Assembly (NCBI GenBank): GCA_044225505.1
Contig: JBGAIN010000039.1
Coordinates: 1 to 51,658 of the forward strand
Direction: 5' to 3'
Source: Limisphaerales bacterium
GTDB taxonomy: Bacteria > Verrucomicrobiota > Verrucomicrobiia > Limisphaerales > SIBE01
DNA length: 51,658 bases
Both the position numbers and the translations under genes were made by a program. Shown here piece after piece: positions 1 through 8,144 of this stretch. The notes under the pieces are model-generated. The model did not search any database and was not told the DNA's origin. It worked only from the letters and a program-made list of their open reading frames with translations. Position 1 is the stretch's first letter; each line of letters starts with the position of its first letter.

Positions 1-114
1 GGGAAAGACTCTAAATTCATCCGCCACGAGTGTCTGACCAGGGAGCGGAAATTCAGCGACGCGAATCACAAAGTCCGCGTTCAAGCTGCCGACGACGACA
101 ACAGTCAATGCCAT
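1..114 (-). CDS. rbsK: Ribokinase (PfkB family), N-terminal part; runs off the window start
   Basis: Not in the ORF track. Manual translation from ATG at 114 gives MALTVVVVGSLNADFVIRVAEFPLPGQTLVADEFRVFP, matching the RbsK N-terminus (VVVGSxNxD...P.PGET...F...PGGKG). It lies downstream of an RbsC-like permease. Confidence 0.85.
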   Translation of the reverse strand, partial: MALTVVVVGSLNADFVIRVAEFPLPGQTLVADEFRVFP

Positions 115-133
115 GTCCAGTTCGGTTCGACGA

Positions 134-862
134 TCATTTAGATTCGTTCTTTACGGACGCTCCATAGAACTTCTGCAGCACCGCGTCGCCAATCAACCGG
201 GTGGCTTCGGGCACGTCGATGCGGTCCGTGTTAATCACCAGATGATACAACAGAGGATCGTCAATGTCCTTCTGGAAGTGCTTTCGGAGAAATCGCTGTC
301 GTGCCCGGTCTTCTTTGCGCAAGAAAGCCAGGGCCGAACTCCGGTCCAGGTCATAGAAAGAACTGACCAGGCGCACCCGCTCTTCCTTGGAGCCAATCAG
401 GCGGACGTGGAAGGCGTTGGCCAGTGATGCGGTGATTACGTTCGCTCCCCGTCCGACCAAAATGACGTTTCCCAATTCGGCCAGGTGCAGAATGGTTTCC
501 GTCGTCTGTCGCATCAGCGTCCAGGACGGTGGATGCAGGCCTAGCAACTCCTCGACCATATCACTGATCGCTGAGATCTTGTCTTCGGGCATGAACTTGG
601 CCAGTTCTTTGGGCAAGTCATGATCGGCCTAGACCTGCTCCACGAGGTTCTTGTCGAAAACGGTCCAGGGACGTTGGGGCTTTGGCCCATGGCGCTGCAG
701 GTAACCTGCTAATTGTTCGGCGATCGGGATGCCACCCGCTCCGGTTTGGCGGGAGATCGTGATGGCAGGCTCGGGCTGGCGTTGGCGCCCACGACTCGAT
801 TTAGGCTCAAGTTGGGAACCTATGTAGACGAGGCACCTTTCGAAGTTCGCGTTGGTATTCAT
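134..862 (-). pseudogene. Cytidylate kinase-like family protein interrupted by one in-frame TAG (629-631)
   Basis: ORFs 629..862 and 134..616 share a frame and read ...KNLVEQV*ADHDLPKELAKF.... Family motifs ITISRQTGAGG, VILVGRGAN, HVRLIG and DDPLLYHLVINT lie on both sides of the stop. Confidence 0.8.
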
Positions 863-925
863 GGCTATCCTTAAGGTTAGGTTGGCATCACCAAACTGCG
901 ACCAGCACTCGGCCAGTCCCCCAAC

Positions 926-1912
926 TTACCTCCTCGTCGTACTCATTCGCGAACGGTAGTGATCGACGATCACGGCGGCGAGGATGACGAGCCCAGTGAT
1001 CAGGCGTTTCGTCTCGTCCTTCGCTCCCACCGCGGCCAGGCCGGAATTCAGAACCGCAATGATCAAGACCCCAAAGAAGGAACGGACCACTGACCCTCGC
1101 CCTCCCATGAGGCTTGTTCCACCGATCACCACCGCCGCAATCGCTTGCAGTTCAAAACCAGTTCCAGCATTCGGATTGGCCGATTGAAACCGTGACGTGT
1201 CAATGACCGCTGCTACTGCCACTAATATACTCGTCATCAAGAATACGGCCACCTTAATTCGCCGCGGATCAATCCCCGAAAGCCGAACCGCTTCTTCATT
1301 CGTCCCAATCGCAATGATGTAACGTCCAAAAACAGTTCGAGAAAGAACAAGCTGGCCCGCGACGACGACTCCGATTGCCAATAGGAAAGGAAGTGACAAT
1401 CCGAGGAAAGTCGTGCCGGCGATACTTTCGATCTGAGATCCGATGTACTGCGTCTGTGAATGCGTCAGGAAATGAGCGCCTCCCCGGGCCATCTCTAACA
1501 TTCCGAGCGTAACGATAAAGGAAGGAAGTCTCCACCGGACCGCCACTAAACCGTTGAAGCATCCGCAAACTGCCCCCACCACGAACACGCTCAAAACGGC
1601 CGCTGGCAGTGGCCACTTCCATTGAACCACACTCACGCCGACCCAAGCACTGCACAGGCCTAAAACTGAACCCACCGAAAGATCTATCTCAGCGATGACT
1701 AGAATGAAGGTCATTCCCGTCGCCACGACGATGGCGGAGGGGATCTGATTGGCGATCGTCTTGAACGTGGTGAGGCTGAAGAAATGCTGAGTCAGCAAGC
1801 TGAACACCAGGATCAACCCGACCAACGCCAAAGTCATTCCGAGATAGTCCGCCAGGACAGCCCTCAGGTTGCCGCGTTGCGCCCGATCCATTGCCGAGTT
1901 TACCCCGTTCAT
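926..1912 (-). CDS. rbsC: Ribose/monosaccharide ABC transporter permease (BPD_transp_2)
   Basis: Multiple TM segments. Motifs GMTFILVIAEIDLSVGS, PSFIVTLG, AIGTNEEAVRLSGI and ELQAIAAVVIGGTSLMGGRGS. Confidence 0.85.
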   Translation of the reverse strand: MNGVNSAMDRAQRGNLRAVLADYLGMTLALVGLILVFSLLTQHFFSLTTFKTIANQIPSAIVVATGMTFILVIAEIDLSVGSVLGLCSAWVGVSVVQWKWPLPAAVLSVFVVGAVCGCFNGLVAVRWRLPSFIVTLGMLEMARGGAHFLTHSQTQYIGSQIESIAGTTFLGLSLPFLLAIGVVVAGQLVLSRTVFGRYIIAIGTNEEAVRLSGIDPRRIKVAVFLMTSILVAVAAVIDTSRFQSANPNAGTGFELQAIAAVVIGGTSLMGGRGSVVRSFFGVLIIAVLNSGLAAVGAKDETKRLITGLVILAAVIVDHYRSRMSTTRR

Positions 1913-1994
1913 TTACGGCGAGAGTTTAACCGCAACGAGGGGCGCTGACGATCAATTCGTTAGTCCAGCAATCTGGGATTATCGTCAAACCCAC

Positions 1995-2594
1995 TCATGG
2001 CTTTGTTAAACGCCAAAAGCCGCTCTCGCGGGTTGACCACGAAGGTTGCGCCAGTCTGGTCGTCTTGCGGCCAGGGCTTACGTTCAGATTTTCTAAGATA
2101 ACGCTAGTCCAGTCCGGCGGGGTAATCCGAGGCGACCATTGCAAAATATACCCGTCATCAGGCAAGGACCATCCCAGTTCAAGGTAACGGGCTTTCACCA
2201 TTGTGATCCGGCTCGCGTCAGCGCCCAGTTTCTTCCACTGCCAAGTCCTCGGGATGTCGGAGCTGTTCAGGTCGGATCCGGCAAAAGATTCGTCAACGTC
2301 ACTGGCTCGCGGAAGGCCGGAGGTTTGGAAGCGCTGGAACAAAGTCGTTAGCCCAACGTATGCGGTCTCGTTTGGCTGGTTGCCCAGATAAACCGTTACC
2401 TTGCCTTTGAAGGCAGCCCGAAGCGCGTCACCGTCAGGAAATGTGATGGTGCTTGTTGACCCGTCCGGTGAGGTCAGTTTGGCGGCGACATCGTCTTGGA
2501 ATGTCACGGACCATTTCCCACGCGTGCCCGTGCGCGACTCGACGCTGCCCAGCGTCCCGGTCGAATAGAGGAACGCGTTGCCGTTCGGCTCGTT
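1995..2594 (-). CDS. C-terminal segment of the frameshifted large secreted GH74-like protein (segment 3 of 3)
   Basis: The frame of ORF 1995..2507 stays open upstream to the TAA at 2595-2597 (NEPNGNAFLYSTGTLGSVESRTGTRGKWSVTFQDD...). It ends in a Verrucomicrobia-style tail (LELGWSLPDDGYILQWS...GFWRL). Confidence 0.65.
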   Translation of the reverse strand, partial: NEPNGNAFLYSTGTLGSVESRTGTRGKWSVTFQDDVAAKLTSPDGSTSTITFPDGDALRAAFKGKVTVYLGNQPNETAYVGLTTLFQRFQTSGLPRASDVDESFAGSDLNSSDIPRTWQWKKLGADASRITMVKARYLELGWSLPDDGYILQWSPRITPPDWTSVILENLNVSPGRKTTRLAQPSWSTRESGFWRLTKP

Positions 2595-4156
2595 TTAGCC
2601 AGGCGCAACGCTGCGCGCGCCGCACCGTCCGGCTGATTTTGAATATCGAGCATGATCACCGCCGGATTCTCGTAATCAGGCGCTGCCGAATCCGTTGAAT
2701 CGGGCACCCAAAAGAGGTGGGCTTGGAATCCGCTGCGGCTGGCGTCTGGGAAGTCCTCGATCGTCAACGAATAGGTCACCAGCACGGCTCCAGCCGCGAT
2801 CCAGCCGTAATCATTGACCGAAGTATCCAAGGCAATGTTCTCGCGATCGTATATGTCCGGACCGGACACGATCTGTAAACCGGCAGCCCCTGGAACGATG
2901 GCCGCCGTCAACGTCGGGAGAGGCTGAGAGATGCTCGGTGTAAAGCGGGCGACCGATCGGCCGTTGCTACTGATCCAGAGAGTGGCAGGGCGATACGGAT
3001 CAACGGCAACGGCGTGCGCATTGCCAAAGCGAAAGTCCGGTCGAGTGACTTCAGCCCAGGTCGCTCCCTCATCACTCGAATAGTAGATATGGTCGCTGGT
3101 ATCTCCAGACCTTTGTCCCAAGACCACAACCGTGCCGTTCACGGCATCCACATCCGTAACATTGACGAAACGCGGAATCGGAACCCAGGTTTCACCTCGA
3201 TCGACACTACGAGCCAACCCAATCGGTTGATTGCAGCAAGTTCCCACGTAAAGGTGCCCTCCACGCGTTCTGTCCGAGGTCATGACTCCGTAGTTCGGCA
3301 GCATCGCCGCCAATGGCGCCCAAGACGCACCGCGATCTTCAGATCGATAAAGACCGCGGTTCTTCAAGAACACGTATCGAACATTCGGTTCAGCCGCATC
3401 GACCTCCAAATCGGCGTTTGCATTCCATTGATCTCCATAGTCTGCCCCTGACGGAAGACCAACCGAACGGACGAATGACTGCCCGCCATCCGTTGTCCGA
3501 TAAACCCCGCCACTGGTGTTGTCGCTCCGCCCTCCCACCGCAATAAGAATGTCGTCCGGATTATCCCATGACGCCACGGCACTATTGATTGGGCTATCGT
3601 CTCGCTTTGGCAAACTGCCAGGTTCGAGAACCGTCCAACTCACGCCATCGTCCAGAGATCGATAAATGCGTGCACGCCAATTGGCCCGTTCGTCAGCGCC
3701 GAAAGCCAAGAGCCGATTTCCGTTGGCCAAGATAGCGCGGCATAGGCCCAGGTCGTTCGGATATGGCAAGGCCCGAGTCGTGATGTATCGAGTCACTACC
3801 CCGCTTTCCCCGCCATCCATCACCATAGCGCCACCATGATCGGCCATCGGCAGATAGACCCGGTTCGAATCAGAGGGGTGGAAATTCACTTTGTAGGCGA
3901 CCACTTCATCAACACCGTTGACGGCATACTGCCAGGAATGCCCGCCATCCACGGTTCGGAACGGGCCATAACCTCCGGCCAAGAATAGGCGATTCGAGTC
4001 CGTTGGGTCTTGGACGAGTGCGTTGCGGCCACCTTCAATGAGAACTGGAGCAGGAGTCCGCTGCCATCCAGGCATTGTCCCACTGAGCGTGTCCATCGGT
4101 GTCCACGCGCCTACCAGGGAACGAACTTGGGTCCGGAGCGCATTGGGACCGCCCAC
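2504..4156 (-). CDS. Middle segment of the frameshifted GH74-like/BNR (Asp-box) beta-propeller protein (segment 2 of 3; frame is open upstream to ~4360)
   Basis: Repeated Asp-boxes (RTVDGGHSW, RSLDDGVSW, RTTDGGQSF, RSEDRGASW, SSDEGATW). LPMADHGG resembles the second GH74 catalytic-Asp motif. The upstream in-frame sequence reads YGNGKLGAALFEFEATDWADPSTYTWRDISW.... Confidence 0.75.
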   Translation of the reverse strand: MGGPNALRTQVRSLVGAWTPMDTLSGTMPGWQRTPAPVLIEGGRNALVQDPTDSNRLFLAGGYGPFRTVDGGHSWQYAVNGVDEVVAYKVNFHPSDSNRVYLPMADHGGAMVMDGGESGVVTRYITTRALPYPNDLGLCRAILANGNRLLAFGADERANWRARIYRSLDDGVSWTVLEPGSLPKRDDSPINSAVASWDNPDDILIAVGGRSDNTSGGVYRTTDGGQSFVRSVGLPSGADYGDQWNANADLEVDAAEPNVRYVFLKNRGLYRSEDRGASWAPLAAMLPNYGVMTSDRTRGGHLYVGTCCNQPIGLARSVDRGETWVPIPRFVNVTDVDAVNGTVVVLGQRSGDTSDHIYYSSDEGATWAEVTRPDFRFGNAHAVAVDPYRPATLWISSNGRSVARFTPSISQPLPTLTAAIVPGAAGLQIVSGPDIYDRENIALDTSVNDYGWIAAGAVLVTYSLTIEDFPDASRSGFQAHLFWVPDSTDSAAPDYENPAVIMLDIQNQPDGAARAALRLAKTSRTATRSSIRPGRWAASSRARARVGNGP

Positions 4157-4328
4157 ATATCCGCCAAAGATCGAGCCAGCGACGATTCGGCCATCGGCAA
4201 GGGCCGCAACGAGGGGAAGGTCTTGAGACCGATCGATTCCCGGCCACGAAATGTCTCGCCAAGTATAGGTTGAAGGATCGGCCCAGTCCGTGGCCTCGAA
4301 TTCAAACAGGGCCGCGCCGAGCTTTCCG

Positions 4329-6833
4329 TTACCGTAAGAATGTCCAGGATGCGCCGTCGTTTACACTAACCCAAACGCCGCCTGGCCCAGAAAACCCAGA
4401 AGCTCCGACCCAAATATCAGCGCGACCCGCCGGTGGCAGGCAGACGGAAGTGAACTGCGCAGTCCCAAAGACCGATGTCCCAAGTTTGCTCCAGGTGAGC
4501 CCACCGTCCAGGCTTCGCCACAGGCCATCGCCACGAGTTCCTGCCCAAACTTCGTCGTCCTTGCCCGGGCGTAGGGCAATGCACTCTCCACCCCAACGCT
4601 CTGGATCATTCCCCGAAAAACGAAGGCCATCTTTGACTCGAATCCACGTCGCTCCGCCGTCGCTGCTTTTCCAGATCCCCTGGTCCGCCCCTGCATAGCT
4701 CACACCCACACATTGATAGACGACATCCGCATTCCCAGAACTGACCGCCACCCCTTGGACGCAATGGCCGGAATAGGTTCTCATCCCACCGCTCAAGAAC
4801 GTCCAACGGTCGCCGTGATCGTCAGATCGATACAACCCACCAACATCCGTTCGGCCATAAAGGCGTCCCGTGGAATGAATGGCGAATCCTGTGAACCAAC
4901 CGCCGCCATCTGTATCCAATTGTCGAAACGTTCCCGCGATTGCCCCAATCTCAGGCCCACCGACAGGTGTTGGATGAAACGGTTGCGGGCTCAAGGCTGT
5001 CCCGGCCGGAGTGACAATGGAGACGAAACCTGGTCCGGCGGCAGCAGGGATCACCGCCGTGATCTGGGTTGGAGAGTCGATCGTAAAGTTGGCATTCACT
5101 CCATTGAAAACCACGGCAGTCACGCCCACGAAGTCAGAGCCCTGGATGCGGATCGACGTGCCAACCTCTCCACTGGTCGGAACATTAATGATAGTGGGGG
5201 GACGCGCAGGTTCTCTCGATCCAATCTGAACGCGCGCCGAGGTCCCCAATACTCGGTTGATAGTGATCCACAGTCGTTGATTCACTCGGTCAGCGGTTAT
5301 AAAGTAATCGACGTCCTCAAGCCCCGCTTTGCCATCCAGGATCAGTGAGACCGGAACTTCATCCGCGGCATACTCGCCGACAACGAGGATGGGATGATCG
5401 AGCGGCCGGCCGGCGGCCGGGGTTAGCGTTGCATCGACACGATTGGCATCCGCCACCAATTCCCAAGTCGCATAAGTCGGATTGTAACCCGCTGGGGTGT
5501 ATGTCATTGCGGTGTCCTTGGCACTGCCCACGCCAGCCGGTCCGGACGATCGTACGGTTCCAACATCCGCACGCAGTTGCGCTAGCGCCGAGTTCTCCAT
5601 GTCGGTGACGGTTTGCCCGACGCTGCCGGTATTGACTTTGCCACCATGCCCACCGAGAACAACAAACACGGAATAGGTTAGGAGCAAGCCGTTGCGCCGA
5701 TGCCCATTGTAGGAACCGTTCAGGCTCGTGGAGTGCTCGGAATACTCGGTGGGATCCAGAGATTTGTCTCCGTAGTTGTCGAATCCGCCGGGAAGGCCCC
5801 AGTTCGTCCCCCAGGCGAGCCGCTTCGATGAAGTTGGGCTTCCGTCGGTCGGGAGGATGTAGTTCAGGATCTGGTAGGCCCAATCGTCGTCTTCAATCAT
5901 CGGCCCGTTCACTTGCTGGTGGCCGCGTAAGCTTGAGGCTGGGAAAGACCGAGGATCACTCCCTTGATCACGCACAGAGATCGGGACTGTCCCCACGTGA
6001 CCCATTTCCGCGTCGGCGACTGCGGGATCCGCCCATTGCATCGCATAAGGAATCGTGTTGGGTTCATCGTAGCGCCACCCCGATGCGCGTGTGACCTGTT
6101 CCGGATTGGATGCCAACGTCACGAACTTAAATGTATCTCCAAACGCCGCGCCCCCCGCGGGCGCGCCTATGCCTCCATCGTAACCTACATCGCCATAGGG
6201 AGACCTGCAGTCCGCACCAAGGTTCCCAGACGAGTTGCGCGCATCCTGAGTCAGCGTAAAGACCGGATGCGAGCGACCATCCGCGAAAAACCAGTGCACT
6301 GTCGTTGGGACGACCTTGCCACTAATCGTGTAAGTCGGCATCTCGTAGGCGAGGATCGCGTGGTGCGGTCCGGACAGCAGCACCGAGGTGGTTCCAGGGG
6401 TGTGGTGAGACGAGGAATCGCCGCCACTCGCCGTGTGGTTCTGAACGTAGCCGTCACCTTCATGCCCGTTGTCGCCGGTCCCCCGGCAGACTCTTTCAAC
6501 ACCATCGAATCTGTAAGTAAGCTGGCGCAAGAATCCAGCGCCCGACGAGGTCTGGTCAACCATGATCGCGCTTCGCTGCAGTCCGTTGCCGTCCGTCCAA
6601 CTCACCGCCCGCGCAGGTCGACCGAGGTCCGAAATCACGGGCTCGAGCGCCGTAGCCGCTTGGCCCTCGAACCAAGAGCTGCTCATCCCTCCAAACGAAG
6701 CGAGTATTGGTAGAACCCAACCGAGCGACCGCCAGTGCCGTAACTGCGTTGCAGGACGCCTGACACCGTTCAACTTCGACAATCCGGCCGGGAATCGCAC
6801 GCTCATACTCCTTACTGAACAAACGCCAGCCAT
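4329..6833 (-). CDS. N-terminal segment of a large secreted protein: unknown ~480-aa domain + IPT/TIG domain + start of a GH74 xyloglucanase-like propeller (segment 1 of 3)
   Basis: Signal-like N-terminus. IPT/TIG-like stretch SGEVGTSIRIQGSDFVGVTAVVFNG...DSPTQITAVIP. GH74 signature GGGWFTG...YGRTDVGGLYR, followed by Asp-boxes. Confidence 0.8.
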   Translation of the reverse strand: MAGVCSVRSMSVRFPAGLSKLNGVRRPATQLRHWRSLGWVLPILASFGGMSSSWFEGQAATALEPVISDLGRPARAVSWTDGNGLQRSAIMVDQTSSGAGFLRQLTYRFDGVERVCRGTGDNGHEGDGYVQNHTASGGDSSSHHTPGTTSVLLSGPHHAILAYEMPTYTISGKVVPTTVHWFFADGRSHPVFTLTQDARNSSGNLGADCRSPYGDVGYDGGIGAPAGGAAFGDTFKFVTLASNPEQVTRASGWRYDEPNTIPYAMQWADPAVADAEMGHVGTVPISVRDQGSDPRSFPASSLRGHQQVNGPMIEDDDWAYQILNYILPTDGSPTSSKRLAWGTNWGLPGGFDNYGDKSLDPTEYSEHSTSLNGSYNGHRRNGLLLTYSVFVVLGGHGGKVNTGSVGQTVTDMENSALAQLRADVGTVRSSGPAGVGSAKDTAMTYTPAGYNPTYATWELVADANRVDATLTPAAGRPLDHPILVVGEYAADEVPVSLILDGKAGLEDVDYFITADRVNQRLWITINRVLGTSARVQIGSREPARPPTIINVPTSGEVGTSIRIQGSDFVGVTAVVFNGVNANFTIDSPTQITAVIPAAAGPGFVSIVTPAGTALSPQPFHPTPVGGPEIGAIAGTFRQLDTDGGGWFTGFAIHSTGRLYGRTDVGGLYRSDDHGDRWTFLSGGMRTYSGHCVQGVAVSSGNADVVYQCVGVSYAGADQGIWKSSDGGATWIRVKDGLRFSGNDPERWGGECIALRPGKDDEVWAGTRGDGLWRSLDGGLTWSKLGTSVFGTAQFTSVCLPPAGRADIWVGASGFSGPGGVWVSVNDGASWTFLR

Positions 6834-6868
6834 ACCTTACGAGAAATCTCACTAGATACCCGATCCGC

Positions 6869-7477
6869 GTGCCATGCGTATTGAAGGCACCGTTCATTCC
6901 AATGGAACATGACATCATCGAGACCTTCGGTCCAGTGCGACGCCCTGAGGTCCGGACAAATTCTACGAAGCTTAGAGCAAAAAGTGTAATGCCAGGAAGG
7001 CACGGCCAGCAGACGCTGGCACAGAAGGTGAGACGAAACGATTTACCAGTAATCAGTTCGGATTGGAGACCGCGCCTAGAACGTGCGTTTGAAGGAATTC
7101 TATCACTAGAAGAGTCAGAATCCGCCGGGACGACAATTACGGCCGCTCGATCTCCCGACAGCAAGACATCACTGGAAGTCATGCACCGGGATAATGTTTT
7201 TCTCCAGTCGCAGCTGCGCGTTACGCTCCCGCAAGCGCCGGATGACATCGTCCTTTTGAAACTGGGATGCTGGACGCTTTTATTTTTTCGTGCGCTATTG
7301 CCGGAATGGAAGGAAGCAGAGTGCTGGTTGCAGGAAGCAGCTGTAACAGCGGCGAAAACAGCGGGAGACGTGGTCGCTGAACTCCCAAACATCCGCATTG
7401 CTTGCCAGTATGCGCCTGCTCCGCGGCTCCTGACCTACCAAGTCGTTGCGTCCAAAGGCCCGGGATTTGCCGAATGA
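6869..7477 (+). CDS. Hypothetical protein (start uncertain)
   Basis: 202-aa ORF filling the space between two minus-strand genes. The C-terminal half looks protein-like, but no motif was recognised. Confidence 0.35.
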   Translation: MPCVLKAPFIPMEHDIIETFGPVRRPEVRTNSTKLRAKSVMPGRHGQQTLAQKVRRNDLPVISSDWRPRLERAFEGILSLEESESAGTTITAARSPDSKTSLEVMHRDNVFLQSQLRVTLPQAPDDIVLLKLGCWTLLFFRALLPEWKEAECWLQEAAVTAAKTAGDVVAELPNIRIACQYAPAPRLLTYQVVASKGPGFAE

Positions 7478-7500
7478 GATGATCTTTTCGACCCCTTCAT

Positions 7501-7866
7501 CTAGGACAAGCATTCTTGAACGGCGCGCAGGATCTCTTGATTCTCGACGGGTTTGGAAAGAACTTTGGTCGCTCCCAGGCATTTTGCCACGCCGAGAATG
7601 TCCAAGTCAAAGTTCACCGTGCCGCCTGAGATGGCGATGATCGGAATGTTCGGACGCTGCCGACGGAACGCCATAATAGCTTCGATGCCATCCTTTTCCG
7701 GCATGAACAGATCAGTGATTACTAAATCAGGCTGATTTTCAGCGAAATTTCGAATGCCCGCTGCTCCGTTCTGTTCATCCCAGATCGTGTGTCCGGCTTG
7801 CTCCAAGAGAATTCGGAGTGAGCGGCGGAAGGGTTCGTAGTCGTCAATGACCAAAATTCTTGCCAT
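7501..7866 (-). CDS. Single-domain response regulator (CheY-like receiver)
   Basis: MARILVIDD...PDLVITDLFMPEKDG...IIAISGG...LSKPV. Start moved to the ATG at 7866. Confidence 0.92.
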   Translation of the reverse strand: MARILVIDDYEPFRRSLRILLEQAGHTIWDEQNGAAGIRNFAENQPDLVITDLFMPEKDGIEAIMAFRRQRPNIPIIAISGGTVNFDLDILGVAKCLGATKVLSKPVENQEILRAVQECLS

Positions 7867-8144
7867 GGTTTTACGTTTCAGATTCCAAAGGTGGCGATCC
7901 GCTAGAACGGCACTACGACTCGACAGCCCCTCATTACGCCTCTCCGCCACCTTTACCCGCAGCCAAGCAGCCTTCCTCGCACCTCTCGCCGCTGGGTGAG
8001 AACGGGGTCCTCAACCTCCGACGTTCCTACACGCTTACCCAGCGGTCGCATTCCTCCTTATACTCAAATCCACCCTCCGGTTAGAAGCAGAAAAGATTCG
8101 CCTGGGCGACACCGTTCTCACAACTTATCTTAAACGAGTCGTTC

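Noticed and set aside
629..631. Amber recoding (pyrrolysine or alternative genetic code)
   Set aside because: Only one such codon, TAG is used as a normal stop elsewhere, and no pyl genes are in the window. A point mutation or consensus error is simpler.
2590..4360. Programmed ribosomal frameshifting in the GH74-like gene
   Set aside because: No canonical X XXY YYZ slippery heptamer at either junction. Three lesions within 4.4 kb of a gapped assembly favour sequence error or decay.
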